Below, piece by piece: positions 16,209 through 25,408 of a stretch of 28,673 nucleotides of DNA. Below the pieces are notes generated by a model. That model made no database searches. It was not told the origin of the DNA and was given only the letters and a program-made list of their open reading frames with translations. The translations under genes were made by a program, and so were the position numbers. The stretch is taken from the IMG/VR virus record IMGVR_UViG_3300027805_000064, positions 1 through 28,673 of that record. The stretch is one strand, 5' to 3'. Positions within the stretch are counted from its first letter, which is position 1. Each line of letters opens with the position of its first letter. Source of the stretch: a virus. Its lineage: Duplodnaviria > Caudoviricetes.

Positions 16209-17261
16209 ATGCCTATAGGAGCAATTATTGGTGGTGGCGCGTCTTTGCTTGGTGGTTTGATGGGCGGTAGTTCAGCTCGTCGTGCTGCTGAAGCATCTTC
16301 AAGGGCGCAAATCGAGGCTGCACGGATTGCTGCTGAAGAGGCTCGTTTCCGACCTATTGGCGTAACCACTAGGTTCGGCACATCAACCTTTGAGACTAAT
16401 CCTGAAGGCCGTGTAACGGGAGCAGGATATCAGTTGTCTCCAGAGTTGCAGGCTTATCAGGATCGTCTGATGGGCCTAACCGGCATGGGTCTGACTCAAG
16501 CAGAAGCTGGGCAGCAGATGTTCCAGCCCTTGTTTGGCGCTGGACAGGGCTTGTTTGGGCTTGGTCAGCAGTATCTTGCTCAGTCACCAGAGCAGGCCGC
16601 GCAGCAGTACATGGCTCGTCAACAAGACCTGTTGGCTCCTTCTCGTGAGCGTCAGTTTGCTGGACTGCAAAACAGGCTGTTCCAGACTGGTCGTGGTGGT
16701 CTGTCTGTTGGTGCTACTGGTGAGCGTCCTAGCGGTGCTGCTGGCCTTGGCGCTGCAAGTCCTGAGATGGAGGCTTACTACAACGCTATTGCCCAACAAG
16801 ACGCTGAGTTGGCGACTCGTGCTCAAGAAGAGGGTCGTCGTCAGATCGCCTTTGGCACTGGCTTGTTCGGCACAGGTGCGGATCTGATTGGCCGTGGCTA
16901 CTCGGGTCAGGTTGCTGCTTTGGCACCTTATGAGGCGTACCTGGGTGGAGCGAAGGGTCTTGAAGCTCTTGGACAGCAGCCGTTGACTCTTGGCATGGAG
17001 ATCGGCGCTCAAGGCAGAAACACCGGATCTGCACAGGCGCTGCTCTCTGGTGGAATGGGTGCTGCTCGTGCTATGGAGGCTGCGAACGCCTACAACCCGT
17101 TTGCAGACGTTCTAACGGGCTTCAGCCGCAATCCAGCATTGGTCAACAGTGCTGCTAGCTTGTTTGGTCGTGGAGCGCCTGTGAATGCACTAGACACCTC
17201 AAGATATGGAACTGGGCTGACTGGTTTTGAGGCAGCTCAGTACGACATATATGGACCCTAA
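16209..17261 (+). CDS. Putative internal virion/ejection protein 1
   Basis: Gly/Ala/Gln-rich with hydrophobic glycine-zipper N-terminus; podovirus synteny. Confidence 0.65.
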   Translation: MPIGAIIGGGASLLGGLMGGSSARRAAEASSRAQIEAARIAAEEARFRPIGVTTRFGTSTFETNPEGRVTGAGYQLSPELQAYQDRLMGLTGMGLTQAEAGQQMFQPLFGAGQGLFGLGQQYLAQSPEQAAQQYMARQQDLLAPSRERQFAGLQNRLFQTGRGGLSVGATGERPSGAAGLGAASPEMEAYYNAIAQQDAELATRAQEEGRRQIAFGTGLFGTGADLIGRGYSGQVAALAPYEAYLGGAKGLEALGQQPLTLGMEIGAQGRNTGSAQALLSGGMGAARAMEAANAYNPFADVLTGFSRNPALVNSAASLFGRGAPVNALDTSRYGTGLTGFEAAQYDIYGP

Positions 17262-17271
17262 GGAGTAATAA

Positions 17272-19221
17272 ATGGCAACAGAAATCGTAGGCTCCTTGTT
17301 CGGCGTAACGCCGGAGATGTTCCAGCAGCGTCAGGCTGAGATGGCTGATCGTCAGGCTCTAGAGTACGCTCAGTTGAGTCCTTTGCAGCGGGCTAGTTTC
17401 AATCTTGCTCGTGGTGGCTATCAGCTTGCTGGCGCGTTGGGAGGGCAAGATCCGCAGCTACAGATGATTAGTAGGCGGCAAGCTATTGCCCGTCAGATTG
17501 ATCCTACTAATCTGAACTCCATGCAGATGGGCATTCAGGCGCTTGCTCAGGCTGGAGATCAGGTTGGCGCGATGCAGTTGTCTCAGGTACTGCGACAGGC
17601 AGAAAATGACATTGCTTTGCGTTCGCAACGAGAGGCTTCTGCTCTGGCATCAACTGCACAAGCCGGTAAAACTCAACAAGAGGTGGACAGTCTCAAGAGA
17701 CAGCAAGAGGCCTACCGTAGGTTCAAAGCGGGAGAGACAGGAGAGGCTCTAGCACCTGCTGCTGCAACGACTGCTCAAGCGCAGGCTGTAGAACCATCAG
17801 TTGCTGATAACCTAGCTAATCTTCAACAAATCCCACCCAAAGGAACAAAAGACATTTTTGCAGGACAACTTTCAAAAGAGGACAAACAACGCATAGAGGA
17901 AGACCGAGGACTTAAAGATCTTTACGAAACATATTCGACGAATGCAGCGTTCTTTTTGAATACTTCACCAGATGACTATTACTATAGAAATAATTCATAT
18001 ATACTTGCCGAACAAGCAAAAAAATTGAGCGATCTTGCTGGTATCAAAGTGCCGGGGACTGTAGAGGGACTAAGGCAAATTCTTAATATTAGAGAGCCTG
18101 CTGCGCCCGCCGCCGCGCCGGTCACCACCGCAATGGTTGCGCCGACTGCCGCCGCTCCTGTGGCTCAAGCTGCTCAACCAGCCGCTGCTGCTCCAGTTAG
18201 CCAAGCGCCGTCTGATATTGCTGCACAGATCAAAGTGCTTGAGGATAGGCGTCGTCAACTCAATACGTTGTTCCCGGATGTTACTGCTGCTAAAAATGAG
18301 TCAGAGGATCTGAAAGAGCAGATTAAAGTTCTCAGGGATCAAATGAAGCCAGCAGATGTTGGTCAAGATCGTGAAGCCATTTCCTTGCAGGAATTCAACA
18401 AACGCTACTCTCAACTGACAACGGCAGAGAGGGAGACTGTTAACAAGAAGATTGCAGATGCCAAGACGCAATCTTTTGGTGCTGATCGTGAGTCAATAGC
18501 TTTGGAAGTCTACGACAAACCATTCTTGCAGCTCACCACAGCCCAGCGTGCCGTTGTCAATAAACGAGTTGAGGAAGAGCAAAACAGAAGGGCAAGATCT
18601 GGCGCGGCAACTTACACAAACCAAGCAGTTCCTCAAAAAGACTGGATTAAATTTGAAGAATACTTACAAGGCCAACCAACTTTTAAGCAGACGGCAGCAA
18701 TGATCTCTGCTGCTCCTGGTGTTCTGAGGGTGATTCGTGAGTCCACTTCCAACGATTTTGCATCCAAAGCATTGCCAACTAGCATTGCTAAGTTGTTTGA
18801 CCAGGGCACTCTTTCTAATCAAGATGTTTCTAGATATGCTAGGACTGGAGGATTGGATGATCGTCTTGCTGCTCTGGCATCTGAGTTCTTTACTGGACGA
18901 GTAACATCTGTCACTAAAGAACAAGCAGAACGCTTCATGTCTGCGGTGTATCGCGGCGCATTGCTTGACCAACGTGACATTTACGTTGAACAGGCAGATC
19001 GTTTTGAATATACAGATTCAACTACCTTTAAGAAAACACTGAAGCAACTTGATGACAAGTTAGCAAAATTCCGTGAAGTGCAACCAGCGCCAGCTCCTGG
19101 AGCGGCTGCGGCTCCTGGGGCAGGAACGGCTCCTGGAGCGGGTGGCAGGATTATGTCAAGGCAAGAAGAAGACGCGCTTTTGCGTAGGTATGGTCAAAAC
19201 CCAGGCCAAAACACGCGATAA
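17272..19221 (+). CDS. Putative internal virion/ejection protein 2
   Basis: 649 aa helical, Ala/Pro linkers, AAGGAG RBS; synteny. Confidence 0.65.
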   Translation: MATEIVGSLFGVTPEMFQQRQAEMADRQALEYAQLSPLQRASFNLARGGYQLAGALGGQDPQLQMISRRQAIARQIDPTNLNSMQMGIQALAQAGDQVGAMQLSQVLRQAENDIALRSQREASALASTAQAGKTQQEVDSLKRQQEAYRRFKAGETGEALAPAAATTAQAQAVEPSVADNLANLQQIPPKGTKDIFAGQLSKEDKQRIEEDRGLKDLYETYSTNAAFFLNTSPDDYYYRNNSYILAEQAKKLSDLAGIKVPGTVEGLRQILNIREPAAPAAAPVTTAMVAPTAAAPVAQAAQPAAAAPVSQAPSDIAAQIKVLEDRRRQLNTLFPDVTAAKNESEDLKEQIKVLRDQMKPADVGQDREAISLQEFNKRYSQLTTAERETVNKKIADAKTQSFGADRESIALEVYDKPFLQLTTAQRAVVNKRVEEEQNRRARSGAATYTNQAVPQKDWIKFEEYLQGQPTFKQTAAMISAAPGVLRVIRESTSNDFASKALPTSIAKLFDQGTLSNQDVSRYARTGGLDDRLAALASEFFTGRVTSVTKEQAERFMSAVYRGALLDQRDIYVEQADRFEYTDSTTFKKTLKQLDDKLAKFREVQPAPAPGAAAAPGAGTAPGAGGRIMSRQEEDALLRRYGQNPGQNTR

Positions 19222-19233
19222 CTGGAGCATCCA

Positions 19234-21996
19234 ATGGCAACCTATGAGCAAGTTCTAGAGGCGTTGCGTCGCGCTGATGCGGCAGGAAACACGGAGGATG
19301 CAAAGCAACTAGCCGCTATGGCTATCAGGATGCGTCCTAGAGATCTTGCTGATGTTATGCCTGCAACATCGACTGGTCAGGTTTTGGTTGAAGGAGTTCG
19401 CCGTGGTGTTGCCAGCACTCCAAGTTTTGTAGCAGGTCTTGGAGCTATCGTTGGGCAAAGCCAGTTGGGACAGCCATCATTGTTCCAAGCACAGACAGGA
19501 ACTTTTCAAGCTCCCGCTGATATGTTTGCACCAATAGAGTCTCGTACACCTGGAGAGGCATTCGTTCAGGCTCAACAGGGTACGCAGCGAGCAATAACTG
19601 GACTTCTTGGAGGCAGCAACGTCAGGCCAACTACTGAGAGCCAAAAGTATCTGATGAGCTTTGCAGAAGGAGCCGCAGATCCTTTGAACTTGCTGGGTGG
19701 CGTTGGTTTGCTCAGAAAAGGTATCCAGTCTGCTGCTGGAGGCATGGCTGGCGTTGGTGGTGAATTTGGTGGAGAGGTTGGCGGTCAACTCGGTGGAGAT
19801 GTCGGCTCCGTAATTGGTGGTGTGACATTCTCTTTGCTGAGTGGGGCTGGCACACTAAAAGGCGCTGAGGCTTTGTTTGACAAGGCTCGTGGCGTTGGCA
19901 GGGTAGATGTTGCAGATCTTGCAAAAATGGAAGGCTTGTCTAGAGCACAAAATCTCGTATCAATGGCTATTCAGTCAGATCCTGATTTGCTCAAACGAGT
20001 CAATGAAATACAGGCAAGGGTCAAGTTCGTAACTGGCAAGGACGTTGGTGCTGGCGTAACAGGCTTGGACAACACCGCAATTCGTACCACATTGACTGAT
20101 CTGGCAAGTAAAGATCTGAAGTTCAGGGGAGATCTGACTACTCTTTACGCTGATCTACAGAAGGCTGTTACTGCTCAGTCGCAGTCTATGTTCCCCAGCG
20201 GGCCAATGCAGTTTCCATCACAGATCAAGGCTCTTGAAGACGTACAGGTTGACTTTAACAAGCGGGTCAATGCAATCAACAATCAGTTGAGCGATATGAC
20301 GGCCAACTTGAACTTGATGGGCACGACTGCTCCTGCTCAACTTGGTGGCTCAATTCAAAATCTGGTTCTTGCACGAGAGAGGGCTGCTAGGGACGCTCTA
20401 TCTCCTGACTACAACTCTGTTAAGCAACAGGCATCAGATCAGGGAGCGATCTTGCCTGCTCAGGATACACAAGATCTGTTGAACACGGCTTTTGACCTGT
20501 TTAGACGCGATCCGTGGGGCCGTCAGTCTGATCTTCTCAAACTTGTAAACCAGCAATCTCAGAAGTTCAAAGAGCTTCGTGCCTCACGCGCTCCTGCTCC
20601 TACTGGTGAAATGCTTCCTGCCACTACAGCGCCTGACTTGACAGTGGGTCTTGATATCACTAGCCTTGACTCTTTGAAGCGTCGTGTTGCGGCAGACATT
20701 CGCAATGTTCGTGACCCGGCTATTAAGGAGAAGTTGTCTTTGCTTCAGCAGCGGGTTGACGAGGCATTGAACAAGGTAGAGAGTGCAAGTGGTGGCGTCA
20801 CTGTCAACCTCAGAGGTGATAACGTAACCTTTGGCGACGCCATCAAGCAACTCGACACAGAGTACTACACCAAAGTTGGCATCCCATTCAAAGATGCTGA
20901 TGCCGTCCAGCGCATCAACTCTCAAGAGTATGCCGAGAAGATCGCTCCTCAGATTGCATCCTCTCCTACTGCCTTGTCTCAGTTTCTGCGTGTTGCTGGT
21001 GATGAAGGTTTGCCATTGGCTGAGAAGTCAATCATGTCTAGGCTGTACCATCAGTCGTTGACCAACGGCTTGATTGACTACAACAAGTTAGACAAGCTGC
21101 TTACTCGGGACAGCAACAACGGTGGTTATAGCGACATCTTGGCTATGACTCCAGGTCTTAGGGGTCGTCTGCAAGACAGTTCTACTCGTGCTCAGGCTCT
21201 TGCTGCCGACAAGATCGCTCTTGATGATGCCGTGTCTGCTGAACGCATTCGCATTGGAACGAGTTTCCTTAGAGACTACGACTCTGGAGGAGTTGAGCGC
21301 ATAGCGGCTAGGATGACTGGTGCTGAGGGCAAGGGCTACACCAGCAAACTCATGTCAGATGTTGGCAGGTTGCCCGGCCCAGAACAAACAAACGTCAAGA
21401 TGGCATTGCGTAGCCAGTTGGTATCTCAGATGCTTGACTCTGGAGATCCGTTTGCTTATCTGAGGAAAAACCGATCTGCCTTTAACAGCATTTACACACC
21501 AAAAGAAATCGAGTCTATTACTGCTATGGCAGATGTTGCGAAACTGTCTCGCAAGATCAATGTAGACAAGTTGCCTGTAAACAAGGCGGCGATGGCAGAG
21601 CAGACATCATTGCAGCGTTTCTTGGGTGGAGCAAAGCCGCAAGAAGTGAGCAATGTTCTTGTCAATGGCATCTACAGCGTCTTGCAGAAGGGCTACCGCA
21701 TTATGGGGCTGATTGGTCAAGCCAACATTGATGATGCAACCAGGGAAGCTCAGAAGAGGCTTTTCATGGATCCTAGTGGTGTCGATGCCATCAGGAATGC
21801 CTCGATGAAACTGGTTACCAAAGATGGCAAAGAGATTGATTGGAAGAAAGAGATCCAAGGCCGAGATCTTCTCAACGCATCAAAGATGATTGGATTGAAT
21901 GTTCTGCGTACTGGATACATTGGCGGAACGGTTGCACAGAGTCCAAGCCAGATCATTGAAACCAACACAGAGCCGTTCTACGTCTACGAGGAGTAA
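19234..21996 (+). CDS. Putative internal virion/ejection protein 3 (large)
   Basis: 920 aa helical with Gly-rich hydrophobic segment; last structural gene before lysis genes. Confidence 0.65.
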   Translation: MATYEQVLEALRRADAAGNTEDAKQLAAMAIRMRPRDLADVMPATSTGQVLVEGVRRGVASTPSFVAGLGAIVGQSQLGQPSLFQAQTGTFQAPADMFAPIESRTPGEAFVQAQQGTQRAITGLLGGSNVRPTTESQKYLMSFAEGAADPLNLLGGVGLLRKGIQSAAGGMAGVGGEFGGEVGGQLGGDVGSVIGGVTFSLLSGAGTLKGAEALFDKARGVGRVDVADLAKMEGLSRAQNLVSMAIQSDPDLLKRVNEIQARVKFVTGKDVGAGVTGLDNTAIRTTLTDLASKDLKFRGDLTTLYADLQKAVTAQSQSMFPSGPMQFPSQIKALEDVQVDFNKRVNAINNQLSDMTANLNLMGTTAPAQLGGSIQNLVLARERAARDALSPDYNSVKQQASDQGAILPAQDTQDLLNTAFDLFRRDPWGRQSDLLKLVNQQSQKFKELRASRAPAPTGEMLPATTAPDLTVGLDITSLDSLKRRVAADIRNVRDPAIKEKLSLLQQRVDEALNKVESASGGVTVNLRGDNVTFGDAIKQLDTEYYTKVGIPFKDADAVQRINSQEYAEKIAPQIASSPTALSQFLRVAGDEGLPLAEKSIMSRLYHQSLTNGLIDYNKLDKLLTRDSNNGGYSDILAMTPGLRGRLQDSSTRAQALAADKIALDDAVSAERIRIGTSFLRDYDSGGVERIAARMTGAEGKGYTSKLMSDVGRLPGPEQTNVKMALRSQLVSQMLDSGDPFAYLRKNRSAFNSIYTPKEIESITAMADVAKLSRKINVDKLPVNKAAMAEQTSLQRFLGGAKPQEVSNVLVNGIYSVLQKGYRIMGLIGQANIDDATREAQKRLFMDPSGVDAIRNASMKLVTKDGKEIDWKKEIQGRDLLNASKMIGLNVLRTGYIGGTVAQSPSQIIETNTEPFYVYEE

Positions 21997-21999
21997 CCC

Positions 22000-22503
22000 A
22001 TGCTATCTCTTTTCTCTACCCTTGGCGGTCTGCTAATCAGCGGCCTTCCTAAGCTCCTTGAGTTCTTCCAGAACAAGTCTGACCAGAAGCACGAATTGGC
22101 TCTGGCTCGTATGCAAAACGAGCGTGAGCTTGCGATGGCTGCTCAGGGCTACGCTGCCCAACAGCGTATTGAGGAGATCCGCACAGACCAAGTGATGATG
22201 CAGACTGAGGCGCAGATGACCGAGGCTGCTCTTAAACACGATGAGAAGGTGCTTGAGAAGGCTAGTCAGTGGGTTGCCAACTATGTCGGTACTGTGCGGC
22301 CAACTGTGACCTACATCTTCGTGTTGGAGCTGTTGGCGATCAATGCATTCTTGTGCTACTACCTGTACAAGAACCCCAGCATGATCAGCAGCATTGACGA
22401 CATCGTGAAGTACTCTGAGTTGATTTTCAGCAGTGACGAGATGGCGATGTTGGGTGGTATCCTAGGATTTTGGTTTGGGACTAGGACTTGGAGCAAGAAG
22501 TGA
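22000..22503 (+). CDS. Putative holin (GTA 3TM-holin-like)
   Basis: Hydrophobic N-terminus, VRPTVTY + TM, terminal ILGFWFGTR; directly upstream of the endolysin. Confidence 0.7.
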   Translation: MLSLFSTLGGLLISGLPKLLEFFQNKSDQKHELALARMQNERELAMAAQGYAAQQRIEEIRTDQVMMQTEAQMTEAALKHDEKVLEKASQWVANYVGTVRPTVTYIFVLELLAINAFLCYYLYKNPSMISSIDDIVKYSELIFSSDEMAMLGGILGFWFGTRTWSKK

Positions 22504-23021
22504 AACTGAGCAAGGCAGGTATTGATCTGATGCACCAGTTTGAGGGGTGCAGAAACAAGCCTTACCTTTGCCCGGCGCACATCTGGACTATTGGCTACGG
22601 CCATGTCCTGTACCAAGAGCAGATCAGGCTTCCAATGATGAGGCCAGAAGGCAAGACCACTGCCGACATAGCAATGATCCGCAAAGAGATGCCATTGAAG
22701 CCGGAGGACAGTCGTGTCTGGAGTAAGAAGGAGATCGAGGAACTATTCGAAGCTGATGTCGCGTCTTTTGAACGCGGTGTTCTTCGACTTGTTCCCGGCG
22801 TTGTTGGTCGTCAAGGCAGCTTTGACGCTCTCGTCAGTATTTCCTTTAATTTCGGGCTAGGGAATCTCCAGCGATCTACCATCCGTATGAAGGCCAACCG
22901 TGGCGACTGGGAAGGCGCTGCGGAGGCTTTCATGGTTTGGACTAAGGGTGGCGGCAAGGAGCTACCTGGGCTTGTCAGACGCAGGAAGGCCGAGAAGGCT
23001 CTCTTTCTCTCTGACGACTGA
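22500..23021 (+). CDS. Endolysin, GH24 (T4-like/RrrD) lysozyme
   Basis: GTG start at 22500; E-X8-C-X5-T triad (FEGCRNKPYLCPAHIWTIGYG), FDALVS..FN.G, GLVRRRKAE. Confidence 0.92.
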   Translation: MKLSKAGIDLMHQFEGCRNKPYLCPAHIWTIGYGHVLYQEQIRLPMMRPEGKTTADIAMIRKEMPLKPEDSRVWSKKEIEELFEADVASFERGVLRLVPGVVGRQGSFDALVSISFNFGLGNLQRSTIRMKANRGDWEGAAEAFMVWTKGGGKELPGLVRRRKAEKALFLSDD

Positions 23022-23210
23022 TCTGTAGGCTTGTAGGGCTGCTCGCAGATCGTTCCTCATGTAGGCAATCTGATCTTCTAGCTCTTGGATCTTGTTAAGC
23101 GAGTCTTTTGCGAACTGGATCAGTTGATCCGTCTGCCAGCTTGCGAAATCTTGCGCCTCCGTGTGTTGGTTTTGAGACTGTGTGTTCTTCTGTGTGGAAG
23201 CTATGGTCAT
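22962..23210 (-). CDS. Hypothetical coiled-coil protein
   Basis: DFASWQTDQLIQFAKD followed by heptads; start abuts the stop of 23210-23392; true start uncertain. Confidence 0.55.
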   Translation of the reverse strand: MTIASTQKNTQSQNQHTEAQDFASWQTDQLIQFAKDSLNKIQELEDQIAYMRNDLRAALQAYRSVVREKESLLGLPASDKPR

Positions 23211-23298
23211 TACCGCATTTCCTGTGTCTGTAGACTGACCCGTTTCTTTGGGTTGTTCTCTCGACTGTCGTCCATGTTCCGCAAGTTGGGCACTTCAC
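23095..23298 (-). CDS. NrdR N-terminal-like zinc-ribbon protein
   Basis: MKCPTCG...RHRKC...HSFHTEE pattern; GGAG upstream of GTG. Confidence 0.65.
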   Translation of the reverse strand: MKCPTCGTWTTVERTTQRNGSVYRHRKCGNDHSFHTEEHTVSKPTHGGARFRKLADGSTDPVRKRLA

Positions 23299-23392
23299 CG
23301 GGTGGTCTCCATCCGAATTTTCTCCATGTTCTTTGTACGTCTGTTGCTGCAGACGGAATGTACTTGAATTTTGGGTCTAAGATGTTTTTCAT
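23210..23392 (-). CDS. Hypothetical protein
   Basis: ATGA-coupled to the upstream small ORF; ILDPKFKYIPS...TWRKFGW. Confidence 0.6.
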   Translation of the reverse strand: MKNILDPKFKYIPSAATDVQRTWRKFGWRPPGEVPNLRNMDDSRENNPKKRVSLQTQEMR

Positions 23393-23490
23393 AAAATCCC
23401 CACAAGAATAAACAAGAGTAGCACTGCTATTGAGATCAGCAGTAGCCTTCCTTTGAGCAGCGCTGTGTCTTTACGCGGCGTGATGAACAT
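23389..23490 (-). CDS. 33-aa single-TM peptide ([33 protein letters not shown])
   Basis: GGAGG RBS before ATG at 23490; hydrophobic C-terminus. Confidence 0.6.
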   Translation of the reverse strand: MFITPRKDTALLKGRLLLISIAVLLLFILVGIL

Positions 23491-23797
23491 GTTTCCTCCA
23501 CGGGCATTGACGGCCCTGTTCGCACTTTTGATTGCATGGTGGACAGCCCCAGTCGTCGAACAGTGGCATTGACTCGTCACCGATCTCTCTGATGGCCTTT
23601 GCGTTTGCTTGAAGCAGACTGCGATGGATTGGGTTGTCGCAGTGCATAGCATTTTCGTCAACCAGATCGGCGCACTCCTTTTGCCTTTCCTTTGCTACCA
23701 GGGTTGCGAACCTGTGCAACCTAGCTAGCTGCATCTCTGTCCAATCTTGTGTTTCCCAGATCTCTCGCGCTATGTTAATGATCTCGTCTTGGTTCAT
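23471..23797 (-). CDS. Hypothetical protein with C-terminal Cys cluster ([15 protein letters not shown])
   Basis: ATG at 23797, ATGA-coupled. Confidence 0.65.
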   Translation of the reverse strand: MNQDEIINIAREIWETQDWTEMQLARLHRFATLVAKERQKECADLVDENAMHCDNPIHRSLLQANAKAIREIGDESMPLFDDWGCPPCNQKCEQGRQCPWRKHVHHAA

Positions 23798-24153
23798 GAC
23801 AACCCCATAAGTGCTTTGCGTGCTGCCTCTTTGCGGGCTAGCCACTTGGTGTGTGAAATACGCAGGTATCGTCTACGACTTGAGTCGAACTTGCTGTGCA
23901 TAGTTTCTACTTGTGGCGGCGGGGCCAGTAGTGCTGTGCGTATTGCTGCTGCATCTACTCCAATCAGTGTTGCGTACTGGGTGAAAGAAGATGTTGTGTC
24001 GAACAGCCAGTCGATTGCAGCGAGTTGATCTATTGATGATGCGTGCTTGTTTGATGCGTCATCGATTGCTTGTGCGATGACAGCGGCCAGTAGTCGAGCG
24101 CAAGAGATTGTTTGCTGATCTGCTGCTGGATGTGTAGAGATTAAATCAATCAT
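23794..24153 (-). CDS. Hypothetical protein
   Basis: 119-aa ORF coupled on both sides. Confidence 0.7.
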   Translation of the reverse strand: MIDLISTHPAADQQTISCARLLAAVIAQAIDDASNKHASSIDQLAAIDWLFDTTSSFTQYATLIGVDAAAIRTALLAPPPQVETMHSKFDSSRRRYLRISHTKWLARKEAARKALMGLS

Positions 24154-24341
24154 GTGTTCCCCCTTGCTCTGATGGCATCTGCATAACCAGTTTTATATTC
24201 ACCAAAGTCTGACCAATTCTGTGCGTCTAATTCCTCGCAGAGCTTTGCACACGCCTCCCTCTCTTCATTGATAAGCGTCTTGGCAAACCCCATTACTTCT
24301 TTGTGTTGTCTCCATAAAGCGATGATTTCATTTTCCGTCAT
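24150..24341 (-). CDS. Hypothetical protein (EREACAKLCE-motif family)
   Basis: GGAGG RBS before ATG at 24341. Confidence 0.7.
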   Translation of the reverse strand: MTENEIIALWRQHKEVMGFAKTLINEEREACAKLCEELDAQNWSDFGEYKTGYADAIRARGNT

Positions 24342-24621
24342 GCTTCCTCCACAAGTCGCCGATTCGCAGATGCTTTTTAGAAAGCGCCGGTTCTGGCTTT
24401 GGCTCCTGCTCTGGCTGCGCCAGCCTTTCGATCTTTGCAATCGCGCATTCGTGATGCCAGCGCCAGCAGTCATCGCTGTGCGTTGATTGCACTTCTAACT
24501 GCTTCAGCCTCTTCTCCAGCATCCTAGCCACGCGCAGACACCGTTGGTCGTCCACTGGGAATGGGGCCAGCACTAGGTTCAAGGTTTCCCATGCCTCTTG
24601 CATCAGTTCGCGGTCAATCAT
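24328..24621 (-). CDS. Hypothetical protein (DREL...LAQPEQEP family, copy B)
   Basis: ATGA-coupled; paralogous motifs with 24618-25031. Confidence 0.7.
   Translation of the reverse strand: MIDRELMQEAWETLNLVLAPFPVDDQRCLRVARMLEKRLKQLEVQSTHSDDCWRWHHECAIAKIERLAQPEQEPKPEPALSKKHLRIGDLWRKHDGK
24401..24430. repeat. Direct repeat copy 1 (GGCTCCTGCTCTGGCTGCGCCAGCCTtTCG)
   Basis: 29 of 30 nt identical to 24865-24894. Confidence 0.9.
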
Positions 24622-25031
24622 GCTTCCCCCTTTATGCCGTGGGCGGCTTCGATAACTCGGACGATTTCAAAATCTGTCATCTCATCAGATAAGTCTGCCA
24701 TCACGATTGGGTGGATCAACTTTTTTATCTCTTCTACTGTCAGCGGCTTGCGCTGTGGTGGGGCGGTGTAGAGGGCAACAATGCGCCTTGCCAACTCCCT
24801 GCGGCTTCGCTTGCCGCCACCTTCGTCCCATCGGATGATGGTTTTGTAGACGGTTTCTAATACAGGCTCCTGCTCTGGCTGCGCCAGCCTCTCGCGCAGG
24901 GCGGTGATGTTCTGGTTTACAAAATGCTCGGGTCTACTCATCACTTGTTCGTGCGCGTATTGGTCGAAGCAAGTTGCAACGCAACGCTCCAGCGCCTCCA
25001 GCGCCTGCTGGATCAGTTCTCGGTCAGTCAT
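24618..25031 (-). CDS. Hypothetical protein (DREL...LAQPEQEP family, copy A)
   Basis: ATG at 25031 overlapping the upstream stop; LYTAPP and IEAAHGI motifs. Confidence 0.7.
   Translation of the reverse strand: MTDRELIQQALEALERCVATCFDQYAHEQVMSRPEHFVNQNITALRERLAQPEQEPVLETVYKTIIRWDEGGGKRSRRELARRIVALYTAPPQRKPLTVEEIKKLIHPIVMADLSDEMTDFEIVRVIEAAHGIKGEA
24865..24894. repeat. Direct repeat copy 2
   Basis: 29 of 30 nt identical to 24401-24430. Confidence 0.9.
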
Positions 25032-25221
25032 GCGGCACCTTCGTTTCGTGGACACAGGAGTCCTCGTATTCGAGAACATCTTTCAAACGGTAGCGTATAA
25101 GACCACCGATCTTGAGATATCGAACTCCACGTTTGGTTGACCTATCCCGCTCTAGCGTGGCCTCGCTGATCTTCCATCGGTAGGCCAGCTCCTCTTGTGT
25201 CATCAACTGGTCATTAGTCAT
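25024..25221 (-). CDS. AlpA/excisionase-like helix-turn-helix protein
   Basis: LMTQEELAYRWKISEATLERDR...YLKIGGLIRY pattern; ATG at 25221. Confidence 0.8.
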   Translation of the reverse strand: MTNDQLMTQEELAYRWKISEATLERDRSTKRGVRYLKIGGLIRYRLKDVLEYEDSCVHETKVPHD

Positions 25222-25397
25222 GATAGTGACGCCCATTTGCTTCGTGGCTCGTTGACCCGTTGCGTGTAGTAGTGGACAAGAAAGTTCAGGATCTGGACAT
25301 AGGTCATGTCAATGCCAGTGTCAGTGCGAATGCGTTTCTTGACCAACTCAATGTCTGGAGTGATAGGTACGGTGATGCGTTTATGTTTTGAGTTCAT
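25218..25397 (-). CDS. 59-aa putative ribbon-helix-helix DNA-binding protein
   Basis: Translated manually: MNSKHKRITVPITPDIELVKKRIRTDTGIDMTYVQILNFLVHYY...; ATGA-coupled to the HTH gene; fold is an inference. Confidence 0.6.
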   Translation of the reverse strand: MNSKHKRITVPITPDIELVKKRIRTDTGIDMTYVQILNFLVHYYTQRVNEPRSKWASLS

Positions 25398-25408
25398 GAT
25401 GGTTTTCG

